Source: Octopus sinensis (Eukaryota). From it: 64,000 bases of DNA. The notes beneath the pieces were generated by a model that had not been told where the DNA came from, did no database searches, and saw only the letters and a program-made list of their open reading frames with translations. Location: NCBI RefSeq assembly GCF_006345805.1, contig NC_043025.1, forward strand, positions 7,936,001-8,000,000, given 5' to 3'. Each line of letters begins with the position of its first letter. Within the stretch, counting starts at the first letter, position 1. A program made the position numbers and the translations under genes. Shown piece after piece: positions 39,685-52,480 of the stretch.

Positions 39685-39981
39685 ATAAGAAAATGGAGAA
39701 ATACATCTAAATCAAATATCAATTACCAGATAATACTCAATCACATACTTGATTAAACCACCACATAAGAGACTTTAAGGTCAAACATAATAACATATGA
39801 CAAAACAGTGTACATAAAGGAGTGTATTTATTGTATCATATTACCCCTTTATGTACACTGTTTTGTCATATGTTATTATGTTTGACCTTAAAGTTTCTTA
39901 TGTGGTGGTTTAATAAAGTATGTGATTGGGTATTATCTGGTAATTGATATTTGATTTGGATGTATTTCTCCATTTTCTTAT
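39685..39981. repeat. Inverted repeat, 136-bp arms, 25-nt spacer, 4 mismatches
   Basis: Arms 39685-39820 and 39846-39981. Confidence 0.93.
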
Positions 39982-39988
39982 TTTCTAT

Positions 39989-40650
39989 CTGGCACCTGTG
40001 CCGGTGACACATAAGAAAACACCATCCGAGCGTGGCCGTCTGCCAGCCTCGTCTGGCACCTGTGTCGGTGGCACATAAAAAGCACCATCCGAGCGTGGCC
40101 GTCTGCCAGCCTCGTCTGGCACCTGTGTCGGTGACACATAAGAAAACACCATCCGAGCGTGGCCGTCTGCCAGCCTCGTCTGGCACCTGTGTCGGTGGCA
40201 CATAAAAAACACCATCCGAGCGTGGCCGTCTGCCAGCCTCGTCTGGCACCTGTGTCGGTGACACATAAGAAAACACCATCCGAGCGTGGCCGTCTGCCAG
40301 CCTCGTCTGGCACCTGTGTCGGTGCACATTAAGAAAACACCATCCGAGCGGGCCGTCTGCCAGCCTCGTCTGGCACCTGTGTCGGTGGCCATAAAAAACA
40401 CCATCCGAGCGTGGCCGTCTGCCAGCCTCGTCTGGCACCTGTGTCGGGGACACATAAGAAAAACACCATCCGAGCGTGGCCGTCTGCCAGCCTCGTCTGG
40501 CACCTGTGTCGGTGTGGCACATAAAAAGCACCATCCGAGCGTGGCGTTCTGCAGCCTCGTCTGGCACCTGTGTCGGTGGCACATAAAAAACACCATCCAG
40601 CGTGGCCGTCTGCCAGCCTCGTCTGGCACCTGTGTTGGTGGCACATAAAA
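39989..40650 (+). repeat. Minisatellite of ten full plus one partial ~63-bp units inside an RTE 3' UTR
   Basis: CTGGCACCTGTGTCGGTG...CCAGCCTCGT repeated. Confidence 0.92.
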
Positions 40651-40835
40651 TCACCCACTACACTCTCGGAGTGGTTGACGTTAGGAAGGGCATCCAGTTG
40701 TAGAAACACTGCCAGATCTGACTGGCCTGGTGCAGCCTTCGGGCTTCCCAGACCCCAGTTGAACCGTCCAACCCATGCTAGCATGGAAAGCGGACGTTAA
40801 ACGATGATGATGATGATGATGATGATATATATATA

Positions 40836-40890
<55 letters not shown>

Positions 40891-41565
40891 ATAGGTGAGA
40901 AAGTTGGTGTGTGAAAGCACGTGGTTGAATATATAGAAAATAGTAAAAAGTGAAAAAACTACAGAAGGCTTGTTTTAAAAAGTTAAAAAATATATATTTG
41001 AGTCATTATGTCTGAAGAATGTTATAAATTTTTTTTCATACAGTGACATAGTTTTTGAAGAAATGTATGTACTCCACTCTGTGTCAAATGATTTAACTTC
41101 ACTGTTAACTCTTTCGTAACCACATTTCAGTTGAAATACAATTGCCTTTGTTTCTAGTAATGTTTTTAAAAAATAATGAGGGATTTAGTAATGTAATTAA
41201 GCTGGTGTTTGGAGCATAAATTAGCATAAATTAGCAGACAAGTTTGATGGAAGATTTTAATTCGGATCACTTTATGACTGGAAGTTTGTATCAAAGAACC
41301 AAACATGGTCCCAGACAGGTTAGTAATCAAAAGAGTTAGTCATGTAGTATACTGTTACCGTTATTTAAAGAACTATAAATTAAGCATACATGTTACTAAC
41401 ATGTAGACCACTGTCCTTGTTAGTAGAATCTGTTTGTTAACTTATGTTTGTCTTAATTTTTTCCTAACGCCAACCACTCCGCGAGTGTAGTGGGTGTTTT
41501 TTACGTGCCACCTGCACAGGTGCCAGAGGGGTCTGGCATCGGCCACGTTCGGATGGTGCTTTTTA

Positions 41566-41883
41566 GGGGGGGGTGCAGAAATATAGGGGAGCACCAGTGG
41601 GAGGGGTGGTTCAGAGGACAGGTTCTAGGCAAGTAGAACGTAGGATATCGAGAGAGGGGTAATGCATGGTGAAATAGCGTATTGAAGAGGAGGGTTCAAA
41701 GAGTAGACACCTATAATGGTGGTGGGGGGGTGCAGAAATATAGGGGAGCACCAGTGGGAGGGGTGGTTCAGAGGACAGGTTCTAGGCAAGTAGAACGTAG
41801 GATATCGAGAGAGGGGTAATGCATGGTGAAATAGCGTATTGAAGAGGGGGGTTCAAAGAGTAGACACCTATAATGGTGGTGGG
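41566..41883. repeat. 157-bp direct tandem duplication
   Basis: TGCAGAAATATAGGGGAGC at 41574 and 41731; near-identical. Confidence 0.85.
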
Positions 41884-42290
41884 AGAAACGACATCCGGTA
41901 TAGTTGGAGCAAAATAGAGATATCCGGTATTGGTGGTGGGGATGGGTAGGGCGGGCGCGCCGCGAAGAATCGGCGGCCAAATTCTATCAGCCCTGTAAGG
42001 GAGATAGATCTTAAATATCTATAACGATAACTAATGAATTATACAGAATATGCAAAAACGAGGCGAGGCTGAAATAGTAAACAGAGTGGCGACTAGGGGG
42101 ATCAGAATAATAATAAATAATAAATAATAATAAATAGAGATACGGGATGAATTAAAGTTCAAAGATTTCTTATCTTGGGATCACTTCGTTACGGACAGAC
42201 TTGGCAAAAGGAATTCGGAATCAAGAATGAGGCAAGTTACTAGCTTATGTATGCATAGCCATGGAGAGGAGTAGGAAGAGAGGAGTCCAA

Positions 42291-42372
<82 letters not shown>

Positions 42373-42944
42373 GTATATATTATATATATATATTTAAATA
42401 TATATATATATATAGACGATTTGACTGACGACTGATGAACCAGATGGCTGCACCAGACTCCAATCTGATCTGGCAGAGTTTCTATATATATATGTAAATA
42501 TATATGTGTGTGTGTGTGTGTCTGTGTTTGCCCCCCCCCTCCAACTTCACTTGATAACCGATGGTGGTGTGTTTACGTCCCCCGTAATCTAGCGGTTCGG
42601 CAAAAAGGGACCTGTAAAATAAGTACTGGGCTTCCAAAGAATAAGTCTTGGGGGTCGATTTGCTCGACTAAAGGCAGTGCTCCAGCATGGCCGCGGTCAA
42701 ATGACTGAAACAAGTAAAAGAGTAAGAAGAGACTATATGTAAGTTCCAGAGAGAAAAAGGAAGATATACCCATGAAGAATGGTTACAAGAAGGTTTAGTG
42801 GGCCAGTGTGCGCGCCTTGTATACAAAATGATACAATAATGTTGATTTGGCAGAGTTTCTACAGCTGGATGCCCTTCCTTACGCCAACCACTCTGAGAGT
42901 GTAGTGGGTGCTTTTTATGTGCCACTGACATGGGGGCCAGTCAG

Positions 42945-44270
42945 GGCAGAAACGTTAGCACGCCGGGCGAAATGCATAGCGGTATTTCGTCTGCCCTTAC
43001 GTTGTGAGTTCAAATTCCGCCGAGGTCGACTTTGCTTTCATCCTTTCGGGTCCGATAAATTAAGTACCAGTTACGCACTGGGGTCGATGTAATCGACTTA
43101 ATACCTATGTCTGTCCTTGTTTGTCCCCTCTGTGTTTAGCCCCTTGTGGGTAATAAGGAAATAGGTATTTCGTCTGCCCTTACGTTGTGAGTTCAAATTC
43201 CGCCGAGGTCGACTTTGCCTTTCATCCTTTCGGGTCCGATAAATTAAGTACCAGTTACGCACTGGGGTCGATGTAATCGACTTAATACCTATGTCTGTCC
43301 TTGTTTGTCCCCTCTGTGTTTAGCCCCTTGTGGGTAATAAAGAAATAGGTATTTCGTCTGCCGTTACGTTCTGAGTTCAAATTCCGTCGAGGTCGACTTT
43401 GCCTTTCATCCTTTCGGGGTCGATAATTAAGTACCAGTTACGCACTGGGGTCGATGTAATCGACTTAATACCTATGTCTGTCCTTGTTTGTCCCCTCTGT
43501 GTTTAGCCCCTTGTGGGTAATAAGGAAATAGGTATTTCGTCTGCCCTTACGTTGTGAGTTCAAATTCCGCCGAGGTCGACTTTGCCTTTCATCCTTTCGG
43601 GTCCGATAAATTAAGTACCAGTTACGCACTGGGGTCGATGTAATCGACTTAATACCTATGTCTGTCCTTGTTTGTCCCCTCTGTGTTTAGCCCCTTGTGG
43701 GTAATAAAGAAATAGGTATTTCGTCTGCCGTTACGTTCTGAGTTCAAATTCCGTCGAGGTCGACTTTGCCTTTCATCCTTTCGGGGTCGATAAATTAAGT
43801 ACCAGTTACGCACTGGGGTCGATGTAATCGACTTAATACCTATGTCTGTCCTTGTTTGTCCCCTCTGTGTTTAGCCCCTTGTGGGTAATAAAGAAATAGG
43901 TATTTCGTCTGCCCTTACGTTGTGAGTTCAAATTCCGCCGAAGTCGACTTTGCCTTTCATCCTTTCGGGTCCGATAAATTAAGTACCAGTTACGCACTGG
44001 GGTCGATGTAATCGACTTAATACCTATGTCTGTCCTTGTTTGTCCCCTCTGTGTTTAGCCCCTTGTGGGTAATAAAGAAATAGGTATTTCATCTGGCGTT
44101 ACGTTCTGAGTTCAAATTCCGTCGAGGTCGACTTTGCCTTTCATCCTTTCGGGGTCGATAAATTAAGTACCAGTTACGCACTGGGGTCGATGTAATCGAT
44201 TTAATCCGTTTGTCTGTCCTTGTTTGTCCCCTCTGTGTTTAGCCCCTTGTGGGTAATAAAGAAATAGGTA
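42945..44270 (+). repeat. One SINE-C head followed by seven tandem ~184-bp bodies
   Basis: Units start near 42981, 43164, 43348, 43531, 43715, 43899 and 44083. Confidence 0.92.
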
Positions 44271-44956
44271 CTGGCAACGACCCCGCTCGAATCCTTTTAC
44301 ACAGGCCCCCAGTACAGGTGCCAGTAAGGCAACTTTGGTAACGATCACACTCGAATGGTGCCCTTTTACGTGCCACTGGCATGGGTGCCAGTTGGCATGG
44401 GTGCCAGTTGGCTGCTCTGGCAACGATCACGCTCGGATGGAGCCCTTGGCACCCTACTAGCACGGGCACAAGTGCCAGTAAGGCTACTCTGGTAATGATC
44501 ACACTCGAATGGTGCCCTTTTACGTGCCACTGGCATGGGTGCCAATTAGCTGCTCTGGCAACGATCATGCTCGGATGGTGCTCTTGGCACCCTACTAGCA
44601 CGGGCACAAGTGCCAGTAAGGTGACGCTGCTAATGATCACACTCAAATTGTGCCCTTTAAGTGCCACTGGCATGGAAGCCGGTTAGCTGCTCTGTCAATA
44701 TAAAATTGAATAGTATATGTAAGTGCCAGAGAGAAAAAGGAAGACGCAACTGCTTAGAACGTTGAAGAGATGATTTATTGGTATCTTAACACCCGTGGTT
44801 GTATGTGCACATTGTGTATACAGAATAATAGGGAGGCCGGATCTTCTCGGTTTGACCGGCAGTTTTTTCTAGCGGTGTCATATGAAATTGTCACCCATAA
44901 TTATGACCCTAGTATCGATCTATTGCATTTCAATGTTTTAGGGTTAGGGTTAGTTA

Positions 44957-46470
44957 GGGATCTTTTCGGTTTGAACGGCAGTTTTTTAAAATAATTTCCA
45001 CGTAACTAAACACTTTTAAACTTCGTATACTGGTAGAATGTGTTTATAAAACATCTTTTTCTCTTGGCTTTATTGAGAAAATTTTATAGTTTGTAAGATA
45101 TTTGTTGTTTTTTTCTTCAATTTCTGCAATTTCAACCAATCAATGACGTCTGTTGAGGTGAAAAAAACATTCTGTGCCGTATGAATATGTCCATCGTTTA
45201 AGAAACAGGAATCTTTTCGGTTTGAACGGCAGTTTTTTAAAATAATTTCCACGTAACTAAACACTTTTAAACTTCGTATACTGGTAGAATGTGTTTATAA
45301 AACATCTTTTTCTCTTGGCTTTATTGAGAAAATTCTATAGTTTGTAAGATATTTGTTGTTTTTTTCTTCAATTTCTGCAATTTCAACCAATCAATGACGT
45401 CTATTGAGGTGAAAAAAACATTCTGTGCCGTATGAATATGTCCATCGTTTAAGAAACGGATCTTTTCGGTTTGAACGGCAGTTTTTAAAAATAATTTCCA
45501 CGTAACTAAACACTTTTAAACTTCGTATACTGGTAGAATGTGTTTATAAAACATCTTTTTCTCTTGGCTTTATTGAGAAAATTTTATAGTTTGTAAGATA
45601 TTTGTTGTTTTTTTCTTCAATTTCTGCAATTTCAACCAATCAATGACGTCTGTTGAGGTGAAAAAAACATTCTGTGCCGTATGAATATGTCCATCGTTTA
45701 AGAAACAGGGATCTTTTCGGTTTGAACGGCAGTTTTTTAAAATAATTTCCACATAACTAAACACTTTTAAACTTCGTATACTGGTAGAATGTGTTTATAA
45801 AACATCTTTTTCTCTTGGCTTTATTGAGAAAATTCTATAGTTTGTAAGATATTTGTTGTTTTTTTCTTCAATTTCTGCAATTTCAACCAATCAATGACGT
45901 CTATTGAGGTGAAAAAAACATTCTGTGCCGTATGAATATGTCCATCGTTTAAGAAACAGGGATCTTTTCGGTTTGAACGGCAGTTTTTTAAAATAATTTC
46001 CACATAACTAAACACTTTTAAACTTCGTATACTGGTAGAATGTGTTTATAAAACATCTTTTTCTCTTGGCTTTATTGAGAAAATTCTATAGTTTGTAAGA
46101 TATTTGTTGTTTTTTTCTTCAATTTCTGCAATTTCAACCAATCAATGACGTCTATTGAGGTGAAAAAAACATTCTGTGCCGTATGAATATGTCCATCGTT
46201 TAAGAAACAGGGATCTTTTCGGTTTGAACGGCAGTTTTTAAAAATAATTTCCACGTAACTAAACACTTTTAAACTTCGTATACTGGTAGAATGTGTTTAT
46301 AAACCATCTTTTTCTCTTGGCTTTATTGAGAAAATTCTATAGTTTGTAAGATATTTGTTGTTTTTTTCTTCAATTTCTGCAATTTCAACCAATCAATGAC
46401 GTCTGTTGAGGTAAAAAAAAAAAAAAACATTCTGTGCCGTATGAATATGTCCCTCGTTTAAGAAACAGAT
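44957..46470 (-). repeat. Six tandem ~251-bp units derived from one arm of MITE family 1
   Basis: Units start near 44957, 45209, 45458, 45709, 45960 and 46211. Confidence 0.9.
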
Positions 46471-46954
46471 TGGGTTTATTTACATTTCTGAAGATAAAAA
46501 AGATAACCTTCACCCGACCTCTTTTATACGCATACACCTTGTTTGTAATTTTGTCGCACAGATGAACACACAGACACAAACACTTGTTGCATGCACACAG
46601 CCACCCCACTTTGCTAGCACCCATACTTTATCTTTGAGAGCCTTTCTCCTCTCAAACAGTAGAACGGTTGTCATCCTCTTTATTCCTTTGGCGCATATTC
46701 TTTATATCATGCATTTGGCCCTTAATTTGTTAGGGCGGCCGTGTGGCGTTTAAAGGGGACGTTTCCGTCACCAACCCCTTACGCACAATCACATTTCCTA
46801 CAGACATTTTTCCCCTCTCTAAAATAATTGCTGTTATTTCTTTTTTTTATTTTTTTTTCGCCCTATTTCAACTTCCAATAACTCTAAACTGGTTATCTCT
46901 TCGCTTTGACACGTATGTACAAGCCTAACGGGGGGGGGGCATCAACCATTCGAT

Positions 46955-47250
46955 GGAGAAGAGGGGGAAGGGTTGGAGGGAGGGGAAGGGGTGTGAGGGA
47001 GGGGAAGGGGTGTGAGGGAGGGGAAGGGGTGTGAGGGAGGGGAAGGGGTGTGAGGGAGGGGGAAGGGGAGAAGAGGGGGAAGAAGGAGAAGAAGGTGATG
47101 GTGGAGGTGGTGGAGGAGGAGGAAGAGGAGAAGGGAGGAAGGAGGAGGAGGAGGAGTTGGAGGAGAAGGGGAAGAAGAAGGAGGAGAAGAAGAAAAAGAA
47201 GAAGAAGAAGAAGAAGAAGAAGAAGAAGAAGAAGAAGGGGAGGAAGAAGA
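46955..47250. repeat. Purine-rich tract: 20-bp GGGAAGGGGTGTGAGGGAGG unit about 4 times, then (GGA)/(GAA)n
   Basis: Visible directly. Confidence 0.9.
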
Positions 47251-48240
47251 AGAATGCCCTCATTATTAGTGCCCCCTCTTTCATGAACTAGCTCCCTTAT
47301 CTTCCCTGTCATTCCATCTTACCACTCCCCACAACCCTATTGACCCCCCACTACTTGCTCTCCACATTTAATCATTCTACTTTTGAACCTCATTGTACTG
47401 TGGTCCGAAATGTAAGATATTTCCTACCCTGATAATGGAGGATCGTCTCATCCACTGTTGATTGCGTCCTTTACAGTCTGCATATTGTGACATCTACTAG
47501 CATCATGATGGACCTCGAAGCCCCTAAAGACAGCTGCTGGACTTACAACACCTTATTTCCTCTCCTTTAATTTTCTCTGCCTTTGTATTCTGTGTAAACT
47601 GGATCTCTATATTAATATATATTTCTTTACTACCCACAAAGGGCTAAACATTGAGGGGACAAACAAGGACAGACAAAGGGATTAAGTCGATTATATCGAC
47701 CCAGTACGAAACTGCTACTTTATTATCGACCCCAAGAGGATGAAAGGCAAAGTTGACCTCGGCAGAATTTGAACTCAGAACGCAATGGCAGACAAAATAC
47801 CACAAAGCATTTCGCCCAGCGTGCTAACGTTTCTTATTTCTTTACTACCCACAAAGGGTTAAACATTGAGGGGACAAAAAAGGACAGACAAAGGGATTAA
47901 GTCGATTATATCGACCCAGTACGAAATTGGTACTTTATTATCGATCCTGAGAGGATGAAAGGTAAAGTCGACCTTGGCGGAATTTGAACTCAGAACGTAG
48001 CGACAGACGGAATCTCTGGATTAATATATCTGAACTTTAATATTCAGCACCTGAAAGCCTTTACTCTTTATTTTCTCTCATGTATACATGTATACATATA
48101 TATACATATATATATATACATATATACACGTATACATATTTTGTATTATTCTATCCAACCTGTTTCACATAGTTGTTGCGCTCTCTCTTTCTTTCTGCCT
48201 CCCACTCCGTCTCTCCCTCACAATCAACAAATGCTACCTA

Positions 48241-48252
48241 CTAATTAAACAG
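48241..48252 (+). promoter_or_regulatory. Possible splice acceptor 33 nt upstream of the ATG (5' UTR intron)
   Basis: CTAAT...CAG preceded by a pyrimidine tract (48181-48220). No transcript evidence. Confidence 0.3.
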
Positions 48253-48285
48253 GTAATTCACAATATTTACAACACTCAAAAGGCA

Positions 48286-49211
48286 ATGAGAACCTGCAGG
48301 CGAAAATGTTTTGTATTTCTCTTTTTCGTAACAATAATCGCATTCATTTATTATTTCTATTTTTGTAAATTCAAACAAAATGTTGTCATAGGGATACAGC
48401 AACCTGTTTCCTACACAAGCTATTCATCTCTACTAGTTCCAGGTAAACAATCAGGTAATGATCGTATGAAAGCTCAACTAAGATATACCTTATCGGCAAA
48501 GAAAAGATGGGGAAATGATGAACGGAATGTGTCCCCAAATCAGTCAGATGCTGATGAAAATGTCAAGTCAAAACCGATTCGACGAAAGTTTAAAACATTA
48601 TTAATACACAATTTAAAGTATCTGCGACCATTGAAAGAAAATCAAGGGACTTTCTTGGCACAGAACTGCCCAGTCAATGAATGCCTGGTTACATATGACA
48701 AAACAAAGCGTGACAGCGTGGATGCTATTTTCTTTTATGAGACAGTAGGAATATCCGAGAAACCAAAGAACTCAAATCAGATATGGATATACATGACACA
48801 GGAGTCTCCTAATTTCAACCCGTCAGTTAGACACTTGGGGAACAGAATCAATTGGACGATCACATATCGTCAGGACAGTACGATTGCATATCCCTTCCAG
48901 AAATATGAATATTTTATCGATTCAGTAAGGCAGAGAAAACAATACTTAAATTATGCCAAGGGAAAAACAAAGAAGGTTGCTTGGTTCACTTCCAATTGCT
49001 GTCCTAGCAATGATCGAAGGGGCTATGCTGAGGAACTTGGAAAATATATCCAGGTGGATATTTATGGTTTTTGTGGTGCAAAAACCTGTACAAGAAAGGA
49101 CGATCCGATATGTTTCAAAATGTTAGAAAAAGAATATAAATTTTACTTGGCATTTGAAAATTCCAACTGTAGAGATTATATTACTGAGAAACTCATGCGC
49201 AACGCTTTGCA
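48286..49211 (+). CDS. Alpha-1,3-fucosyltransferase (CAZy GT10, FucTA-like), coding exon 1
   Basis: ATG at 48286 gives MRTCRRK followed by a hydrophobic segment (type II membrane topology). GT10 motifs: WIYMTQESP, INWTITYRQDS, KVAWFTSNC, VDIYGFCG and YKFYLAFENSNCRDYITEKLMRNAL. Ends at donor CA|GTAAGT (phase 2). Confidence 0.93.
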
Positions 49212-49284
49212 GTAAGTACTTGGATTTTAAATCTGTATAAGTTTCTTTGTATTTGAATTAATGAGATTAAGTTGTGTTGTGACC

Positions 49285-49667
49285 CCCTTCGGTCATGAAT
49301 GACCGTGGGGTTGCTCCTAGAAAGTTACCCTCCGAGGCACAAGTCCAAGCAAGGTTGTTTATGGAAGACCAGCTGTCACGCATGCATACCGGCCTCCCCT
49401 CTCCACACCCTTATATGTACATAGGGTAAAGGGTAAAGACCCCTTTCAGTCATGGGTGACCATGGGATTGTACCTAGAGAGTTACCCTCTGAGGCACAAG
49501 TCTGGGCAAGGTTGATTATGGAAGACCAGCAGTCGCCCATGCATACCAGCCTCCCCTCTCCACGCCACCGATGTTATCCAAGGGAAAGGCAAAGGGGCCG
49601 ATACAGCTTGGCACCAGTGACGTCGCAGCTCATTTATTAACGTGCAAGTGGCTAAGCACTCCACAGA
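49285..49667 (-). mobile_element. Retroposon tail ending in TTTACCC repeats, partly duplicated, fused to a SINE-A body
   Basis: Two ~130-bp related units at about 49285 and 49435; joins SINE-A at about 49668. Confidence 0.5.
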
Positions 49668-49857
49668 CACGTGTACCCTTAATGTAGTTATCGGGGAAAT
49701 TCAGCATAACACAGAGTGTGACAAGGCTAGCCCTTTAAAATACAGGTACAACAGAAACAGGAAGAAAGAGTGAGAGAGTACAGCAGGGTTCAACACTACA
49801 CCCCGTCGGAGCCTCATGGAGCTTTAGATGTTTTTGCTCAATAAACACTCACAATAA

Positions 49858-50387
49858 AATTATCAACCATCTTAGAAGCAATAACTCTGAGCACCTTTTC
49901 AAACTCCACCCGTCTAACACCCGTGGTCATATTTACAAAGACAGAAAACAGCACAGCTCCCATGACTTTAGGAAACATTTTTTCACGCTTAGAGTTGCTG
50001 AAGTATGGAACAAACTGCCGGCATCAGTTGTTAGTTGTCGGAGCACTGCATCCTTCAAAACTTCCATGCTTCCTGAGAGATTCGCCAACACTACACCTGA
50101 TTTTCTCCCCTCCATACACACGCTGAAGCATGGAACACACTGCCGGCATCAGTTGTTAGTTGTCGGAGCACTGCATCCTTCAAAACTTCCATGCTTCCTG
50201 AGAGATTCGCCAACACTACACCCAATTTTCTCCCCTCCATACACACAAGCAAGCATGTATCTGACTCATACACTGTTCCCTTCCCAGACATTTCTACATT
50301 ACTGCATGTACTTTATACGCACTTTCTGACAAGTTGTGGTGCACCTGAGCACTGTATACAATAATTTCATTATTATTATTATTATTA
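49858..50387 (+). mobile_element. CR1-clade LINE 3' end with internal 124-bp tandem duplication
   Basis: NTRGHIYK..RKHFFTLRVAEVWNKLPASVV..STASFK; duplicated units at 49998 and 50122; (ATT)n tail. Confidence 0.8.
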
Positions 50388-51006
50388 TGAGAGACAAAGA
50401 AAGAGAGAGGGAGAGAAATTTAACTGGTTAAACGTGAAAGAGGGAAGAAATGTAACTGTTTAAATGAGGCGTCCTGTGGATTGACCTAGACAGGTCGAGA
50501 TCAATGGCCTTGTATTTATTCTTTTAAATGTTTCGACGTACGATATAACCCCTTGCAAATCGCTCTACTCAACATACCGGTAATAAACCCTTAACAATAA
50601 GCAACTCCTTTGTTTTATTCTGCCCCGGGTGGCTCTCCCCTGAACACCCCCCATCCTTTTGAGATTGGCTTTGTCTTTGTCCTTTTTTTTTGTAATTTAT
50701 TCTTTAATTTGGATCTTTTCGGTTTGAACGGCAGTTTTTTTCTAGCGGTGTCAAATGAAATTGTCACCCATAATTATGACCGCTAAGTTACGGGGACATA
50801 AACACACCAGCATCGGTTGTCAAGCGATGTCGGGGGACAACACAGACACACAAACATACACACACACACACACATATATGTATATATATATATTATATAT
50901 ATATATAATATAATATATATATATATATATAATATATATATATATATCATCTCAAACCTCCGATAATATATTATATATATATATAAGTATATACATATAT
51001 ATATAA

Positions 51007-51049
<43 letters not shown>

Positions 51050-51066
51050 AATATATATATATAATA

Positions 51067-51143
<77 letters not shown>

Positions 51144-51254
51144 TGGCCTGCTCGCTTAGCCAGCGGGGTAGCGTCATTTGAAGGCTAAAACAATGCGAAG
51201 CGCATTGCGACCAGCAATGTGTAACAACATATGATAGCCTGGTCGGTCACGGTG

Positions 51255-51328
<74 letters not shown>

Positions 51329-52037
51329 ATATTATATATATATATTATGTATATGTATTTTTATATAATTTTCATCTGTCTTGCCCGCATTTTCGTTCTG
51401 GTGTCCGCTTAATTTTCCTCTAGAGAACATTCTTTTCTTTGTAGTTTGATCGTTGGTGATCTACTTCTAGCATACGGTCGACCACATAGTGGTTCTCCCC
51501 TCCAAATATACACGTGTAGTAGAATTCTCAGATTTTTGTATGCTAGGCTACTGGTTTTAAATTGATGTTAATTAAATTAACATTCAATTTATCTCCCTCA
51601 TTATTTGAATAATAAAATAAATATGTTCCCTAATAGGGGGCATTAACTGCAGTAAATTCTTTTGGGGTCGGCAATCCTGTTTTTCTTTTCCACTTCATGC
51701 GCCTTTTGTTGTTTGTTGTGTAAAAAGTGTAACATTCGATTTTTTGATTTTTTTGTAAAATTTTATTATATTTTCACTAGCATTTTATGCCGTTCATCAT
51801 TGTTTTAACATGACCCCAATCATGTTGTGCTGTCCCCATCTATGTTAGCCCCTTGTGGGCAATAAAGAAACAAATTGCAGTAAATTATTTGCTGCGGTTT
51901 TTGTTTCCGGAATTTTAGCGCGCCAGAACTAAGACATTTGAAATTAACACCAATGAAATCGGTGAAGCTAAGCACGTGTCTGTTTTTATACAGAATACTG
52001 ATGGTTAGCTTTACAAATTGCATTACCTGTGGAATGA

Positions 52038-52112
52038 TCACACTGATGAGCCTACGGACAATGGATTACATAAGTGATTCATTCGTTAATAGGCGAAACC
52101 GCCGGTCTGCGA
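52038..52112 (+). ncRNA. Hammerhead ribozyme H6 (same family as H2), intronic, sense to the gene
   Basis: UCACA-CUGAUGA-GCCUA...UAGGC-GAAA-CCGCCGG-UC-UGCGA. Stem II covaries with H2. Confidence 0.75.
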
Positions 52113-52321
52113 GTAATTCTGTTTTTTTTTATATAATTTTCATCTGTCTTGCTCGCATTTTCGTTCTGGTGTCCGCTGAATTTTCCTCTAGAGAACATTC
52201 TTTTCTTTGTAGTTTGATTGTAGGTGATCTACTTCTAGCATACGGCCGACCACATAGTGGCTTGCCCTCCAAATATACACATATATATATATGTACATAC
52301 ATATATACATATATACATATA

Positions 52322-52364
<43 letters not shown>

Positions 52365-52480
52365 ATATTTAGGAATGGTCATTTTGCCAGTTTAGCCAAT
52401 AAAAACACACACACACAATATATTTGGTGTTAATTTGCTTCAGTGTTATTTATTTTTTACATTAATCTTAATCTTATTTC

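Noticed and set aside
39989-40650. CRISPR-like periodic array
   Set aside because: The units are contiguous with no unique spacers, the context is eukaryotic and no cas genes are present.
45070-46266. Repeated 64-aa ORFs
   Set aside because: A by-product of the 251-bp satellite unit; no coding signature.
48088-48285. Upstream ATG of the 375-aa ORF
   Set aside because: It starts in a TA repeat; the ATG at 48286 gives the expected type II membrane N-terminus.
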